Below, one piece after another: positions 55,068 through 58,640 of a DNA stretch of 58,640 bases. A program made the translations under genes and the position numbers. The stretch spans positions 1 to 58,640 of the forward strand of contig CAYREQ010000002.1 in assembly GCA_964423445.1 (NCBI GenBank), read 5' to 3'. How positions within the stretch are numbered: the first letter of the stretch is position 1; every line of letters begins with the position of its first letter. The notes beneath the pieces were generated by a model. It was not told where the DNA came from. It saw nothing but the letters and a program-made list of their open reading frames with translations, and did not search any database. The DNA comes from an uncultured Candidatus Saccharibacteria bacterium. Its GTDB lineage: Bacteria > Patescibacteriota > Minisyncoccia > Phycocordibacterales > UBA9973.

Positions 55068-57034
55068 ACTAAAATATAATCTATTGTTTTTCTCTCAAGA
55101 TCAACTCCGCGCACTTTTATTTTAACACGATCTCCGAGGCTGTATCTGTGTTTCTTTTTTTGTCCTACCAGTTCAAATTTTTTCTCATTGAAAACATAAA
55201 AATCATCTTTCATGTCTCGGACGCGTACTAAGCCTTCGCATTTTGTCTCTACTTCTTCTACATATATACCCCATTCTGTAATTCCACTGATTACTCCATC
55301 AAATTTTTCTCCTGTACGCTTACTCATGTATTCTACTTGTTTGTATTTTATAGAAGAGCGTTCAGCATCTGTGGCACGTTTTTCTTGCTCAGAAGACACT
55401 CTAGCTAATTTTTCATACTCAAATAAATTTTCTTTCTTTACTTTTTTATGATCCAAGAAATCTTGGAGTAATCTGTGCACGATGATATCAGGGTATCTTC
55501 TAATTGGTGAAGTAAAATGAGTATAGTAGGGGAAAGCTAGTCCATAGTGACCAATATTTTTTGTGGAATATATAGCTTTGGCCATAGACTTTATTACCGC
55601 ACGATTTACAGCATCAGCTTCAGGTTTGCCTTCAAGGCTTTTTAATAATTTATTTATTTCATTTGTCGGTATCATACCATCCACTAGAGATACTTTGTGT
55701 CCCAAATTACGCAAGAAAAATGCGAGGTCAGTCATCTTTTCTTTACTCGGTAGGTCGTGTACTCGGTATATAGAAATGTTTTCATTTTTCTTTTCCCCAG
55801 AGATTAATTTTGCCACTTTTTTATTTGCGAGTAGCATAAATTCTTCTATTAATCTATTTGAATTACCTCGTTCTTTTTTTATGATGTCTATCGGTACGCC
55901 ATACATATTGAGTACGAATTTTACTTCTTCTTGTTCTAGTGAGATAGCACCATCTTTAAATCTTTGTATTGTTAGTTTTTTTGCTAAGTCATTTAATATA
56001 GATAATTCTTTATGGAGTGGTTTCTTTGGGTTTTTTATAGACTCCTCAGCTTCCTCATAAGTAAATCTTTTCTTTGAATGTATTACCGTGCGTCCATACC
56101 ATTCACTTTTTATATGTGCATTTTTATCTATTACAAAAACTGCACTCATAGTGAGTCTGTCTTTGTTTGGCACTAAACTACATAAATCGTTTGAGAGAAT
56201 TTCTGGTAGCATGGGGATAGTCCTATCTACTAGATATACCGAAGTACCACGAGAGCGCGCCTCTTTGTCTAGTTCACTATCAATTTTTACATAATGACTG
56301 ACATCGGCTATGTGTATGCCGACTTCGTAGTCTACATCTTTACCATTTTTTATTTCTACAAATGATATAGCATCATCAAAATCTTTTGCATCACTAGGAT
56401 CTATGGTAAATGTGAGAATTTTTCTAAAGTCACGACGCCCCACACAATCACTCTCTTTTATACCAGATGCTTTTATTTCTCTCGCTTCGTCTTCTACGTT
56501 TTTTGGAAGTTCGGCATTAAAACCTTTTTCCATGGCTATGGCATGCATCTCTGTGTCATTGTCTCCGGGTGTGCCTAGTATCTTTACTACGCGACCGAGT
56601 GGAGCTTTGCGAGCATCAGCCCAAGATGTTATCTCCACAAAAACTTTTTGACCCAATTTCGCACCATTTAAATTTTCTTTTGGTATCAAAATATCAGTGT
56701 ACATTTTTGTATCGTCTGGTTTTAGGAAAAGCATAGAGTCTTGTTTTTCCAAGACACCAGTGAAATTCATTTTTGCTCGTGAGATGACTTTTGAAACTTC
56801 TGCTGTTTGTCTACGACTTCCTTTTTTGGGATGAAATATTATTTCTACTGTGTCTCCATGTAGAGCAGTTTTTAGATGCTTAAAATCAACTTCTGGGTCT
56901 TCGCCCATGTTTTTATTTTCACCAATGGCTACGTAGCCTGTACCCCTCGAAGATATAGAGATAATTCCAGTAGTTTTAGACATGTGGGGGACTGGATTCT
57001 TCTTATTTGTATGTTTTTTAGGTTTATTTTTCAC
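55064..57034 (-). CDS. rnr: ribonuclease R
   Basis: 656 aa with RNB domain ('TIDPSDAKDFDDA', 'HYGLAFPYYTHFTSPIRRYPD') and a C-terminal S1 domain. Confidence 0.93.
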   Translation of the reverse strand: MKNKPKKHTNKKNPVPHMSKTTGIISISSRGTGYVAIGENKNMGEDPEVDFKHLKTALHGDTVEIIFHPKKGSRRQTAEVSKVISRAKMNFTGVLEKQDSMLFLKPDDTKMYTDILIPKENLNGAKLGQKVFVEITSWADARKAPLGRVVKILGTPGDNDTEMHAIAMEKGFNAELPKNVEDEAREIKASGIKESDCVGRRDFRKILTFTIDPSDAKDFDDAISFVEIKNGKDVDYEVGIHIADVSHYVKIDSELDKEARSRGTSVYLVDRTIPMLPEILSNDLCSLVPNKDRLTMSAVFVIDKNAHIKSEWYGRTVIHSKKRFTYEEAEESIKNPKKPLHKELSILNDLAKKLTIQRFKDGAISLEQEEVKFVLNMYGVPIDIIKKERGNSNRLIEEFMLLANKKVAKLISGEKKNENISIYRVHDLPSKEKMTDLAFFLRNLGHKVSLVDGMIPTNEINKLLKSLEGKPEADAVNRAVIKSMAKAIYSTKNIGHYGLAFPYYTHFTSPIRRYPDIIVHRLLQDFLDHKKVKKENLFEYEKLARVSSEQEKRATDAERSSIKYKQVEYMSKRTGEKFDGVISGITEWGIYVEEVETKCEGLVRVRDMKDDFYVFNEKKFELVGQKKKHRYSLGDRVKIKVRGVDLERKTIDYILV

Positions 57035-57072
57035 CCTTTAAATATAACATAAATTAGACCATAAAGCCTTAT

Positions 57073-57101
57073 TTGACAATAAGACAAAAACGTGTTAAAC
57101 T
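57073..57101 (+). promoter_or_regulatory. consensus -35 promoter upstream of small membrane ORF
   Basis: TTGACA (57073-57078), 17-nt spacer, TG-n-TAAACT (57096-57101). Confidence 0.55.
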
Positions 57102-57176
57102 ATAAGGGTATAGTACAAAAAGGGCGTTCAGTCCTTTCTCCACCTTGGAGATAAAATAAAAGCACGGAGAAAGACA

Positions 57177-57413
57177 ATGATAAACTTGAATAGGTTTGAC
57201 ATAGATCGCGTCTCCGCCAAGGGCGGAGAAAGGAAGGCCCCGAAAGAGGTCGAGAAGGTTGTGAAGCTAGGACGCTTTAGAGCTTTCATGGAAAAATACG
57301 TTATTGTGGAGAACCCTAAGGGCTCAAAGCCGGTATGGTTTTCTGCAAAAGTCGCATTTTGGTCAACAGTGGGCATAGGTCTGCTAATGATCGTTTGGTA
57401 TCTTCTTAAGTAG
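57177..57413 (+). CDS. small tail-anchored membrane protein, hypothetical
   Basis: 78 aa with GGAG 7 nt upstream and C-terminal TM 'VAFWSTVGIGLLMIVWYLL'. Terminator follows. Locally G+C-richer. Confidence 0.5.
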   Translation: MINLNRFDIDRVSAKGGERKAPKEVEKVVKLGRFRAFMEKYVIVENPKGSKPVWFSAKVAFWSTVGIGLLMIVWYLLK

Positions 57414-57438
57414 ATTCATTCTACTTTCATCTTAAATT

Positions 57439-57484
57439 GGCGTTGTTTGTGGACCATTCCATAGACAACGCCTCTTTCGTTTTA
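57439..57484 (+). terminator. intrinsic terminator
   Basis: GGCGTTGT...ACAACGCC stem followed by TCTTTCGTTTT. Confidence 0.65.
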
Positions 57485-57485
57485 T

Positions 57486-57513
57486 TTGCCTTTTTTATAA
57501 ATTGTGTTAAACT
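57486..57513 (+). promoter_or_regulatory. rpsP promoter (leaderless spacing)
   Basis: TTGCCT, 16-nt spacer, TG-n-TAAACT (57508-57513), 6 nt before ATG 57520. Confidence 0.55.
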
Positions 57514-57519
57514 AAAAAA

Positions 57520-57828
57520 ATGTTAAAAATAAGATTACAACGAATAGGAAGAAAGAATGACCCGTCATTTCGCGTGGTTTTGACTGACTCAAAGAACAGT
57601 ACAAAGAGTGGAAAGTTCTTGGAAATACTAGGTAATTACAACCCAAAGATGGGAGTAAAAACTTTAAACGGAGACAGGATAAAGCACTGGATGAAACAAG
57701 GTGCACAGTGTTCAGATACTATGCATAATTTCTTGGTTCATGACAAAATAGTAGAAGGAAAGAAGAAAAATGTCCTTCCAAAAAAGAAACCAACTATAAA
57801 AAGAAAAGAGTTGAAAGCGAAAAAATAA
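57520..57828 (+). CDS. rpsP: 30S ribosomal protein S16
   Basis: 102 aa with 'MLKIRLQRIGRKNDPSFRVV' and a Lys-rich C-terminal tail. Confidence 0.93.
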   Translation: MLKIRLQRIGRKNDPSFRVVLTDSKNSTKSGKFLEILGNYNPKMGVKTLNGDRIKHWMKQGAQCSDTMHNFLVHDKIVEGKKKNVLPKKKPTIKRKELKAKK

Positions 57829-57901
57829 TTTTATATACTTAAAGAGACGCAGTTTGTTCGTCGCAATACTGCAGAATTAAAAGATTAATAACTTTAAAAA
57901 T

Positions 57902-58258
57902 ATGGAAGAAGCAGACAAGATATTTCTAGAATACGTAGTAAAGGCTCTAGTAGACAATCCGAATGATGTAAAAATTGATAGGACTGTAGACGAAATGGGT
58001 GTACTTATATCACTTACTGTAAACCCTGCAGACATGGGTAAAATCATCGGCCGAATGGGTAATACAGCAAAAGCAATCCGTACATTGCTAAGAATCATCG
58101 GTATGAAGAATAATGCTCGCGTAAATTTGAAAATCAACGAGCCAGAAGGTAGTACTAGACCAGTAGACAATTATGTACCACCTGCTCCAGGACACGGCGC
58201 GACACCTACTTCATTTAAGACAGTAGATCAAGCGATGGAAGACCTAAAAGGACTATAA
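57902..58258 (+). CDS. KH-domain RNA-binding protein (KhpA/YlqC-like) with C-terminal extension
   Basis: 118 aa with 'GKIIGRMGNTAKAIRTLL' GxxG KH motif. Canonical position after rpsP. Confidence 0.88.
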   Translation: MEEADKIFLEYVVKALVDNPNDVKIDRTVDEMGVLISLTVNPADMGKIIGRMGNTAKAIRTLLRIIGMKNNARVNLKINEPEGSTRPVDNYVPPAPGHGATPTSFKTVDQAMEDLKGL

Positions 58259-58273
58259 AATAAATTTTAAATA

Positions 58274-58307
58274 AAAAAACACCCCAATGGGGTGTTTTTT
58301 TATTTTT
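58274..58307 (+). terminator. intrinsic terminator
   Basis: AAAAAACACCCC-AAT-GGGGTGTTTTTTT. Confidence 0.85.
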
Positions 58308-58378
58308 GTGGTATATATGTTATTGGTACTAGTTCGACTCTTTTTGAGTCTTTGAGAATATGTTGGTGGAGTAACAAT

Positions 58379-58640
58379 ATGAAAAAAGTTCTTTTGGTTT
58401 TAGCGTGCATTTTTTTGGCTCAAGCGGATTATTTTTTGGCTCAGAGATTAAATCGTTCGGTCGTGAAGTTTTATGATTTTTCACTTGCCGGCGTCACAAA
58501 CTGGGCTATAAAAACTTTTCTTTTATGGATAATCTTGTCCTTTTTTGTTCATTTCGTTTATATGCAACAAAGTAAAAGAGACAAGGCTATCTCGGTCGGG
58601 CTCACAGCATTGTTGGTAACTTTCCTGGTTCCAATAATCA
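58379..58640 (+). CDS. partial membrane/secreted hypothetical protein (runs off window end)
   Basis: ATG followed by an open frame to the window edge. 'MKKVLLVLACIFLAQA' is signal-like, with further TM segments. Not in the ORF track because it is incomplete. Confidence 0.5.
   Translation, partial: MKKVLLVLACIFLAQADYFLAQRLNRSVVKFYDFSLAGVTNWAIKTFLLWIILSFFVHFVYMQQSKRDKAISVGLTALLVTFLVPII

Overview
The window is an AT-rich, gene-dense bacterial chromosome segment read with the standard genetic code. TGA is used as a stop at the overlapping junctions 9544-9546 and 14423-14425. By inference it comes from a small-genome Patescibacteria/CPR-like organism: the aminoacyl-tRNA synthetases are domain-minimised, there are many domain fusions, the type IV pilus/competence locus has no secretin, and Shine-Dalgarno sites are rare. 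Recognisable content in order: tuf and a truncated S10 operon (rpsJ-rplCDWB), envelope and secretion genes (ftsW/rodA, folD, two C55-PP phosphatases, secDF, lemA-htpX), gatCA, four tRNAs, mscL, a CphA-like ATP-grasp enzyme, and comF. These are followed by a 12-kb type IV pilus cluster (pilM/N/O, pilB, receiver, pilT, pilC, two pilins, pilD, four minor pilins), then ligA, truB, a UvrD-type helicase-nuclease, trhO, pheST, gyrB and thrS. The remainder is rpmF, a nusB-Nudix fusion, rnc, a short smc, a DD-carboxypeptidase-CapA fusion, rnr, rpsP and a KH-domain gene. I found no CRISPR array, transposase, integrase or rRNA. The signals most worth a second look are as follows. (1) A 56-nt core sequence lies in-frame in both ligA and pheT, and each copy is enclosed by its own perfect, locus-specific inverted repeat. 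(2) A DnaA-box-identical motif (TTATCCACA) sits exactly 29 nt upstream of -10 boxes at several promoters, mostly in the pilus cluster. (3) A locally G+C-richer 1.4-kb island between pheT and gyrB carries three small-ORF cassettes with TAGGAG ribosome-binding sites, two of them behind a repeated leader with covarying terminator/antiterminator pairings. (4) A divergent tRNA-Ser pair includes one copy that reads as anticodon ACU. (5) Leaderless-type promoters are widespread. All calls were made by eye from the sequence and the ORF track; no searches were run.
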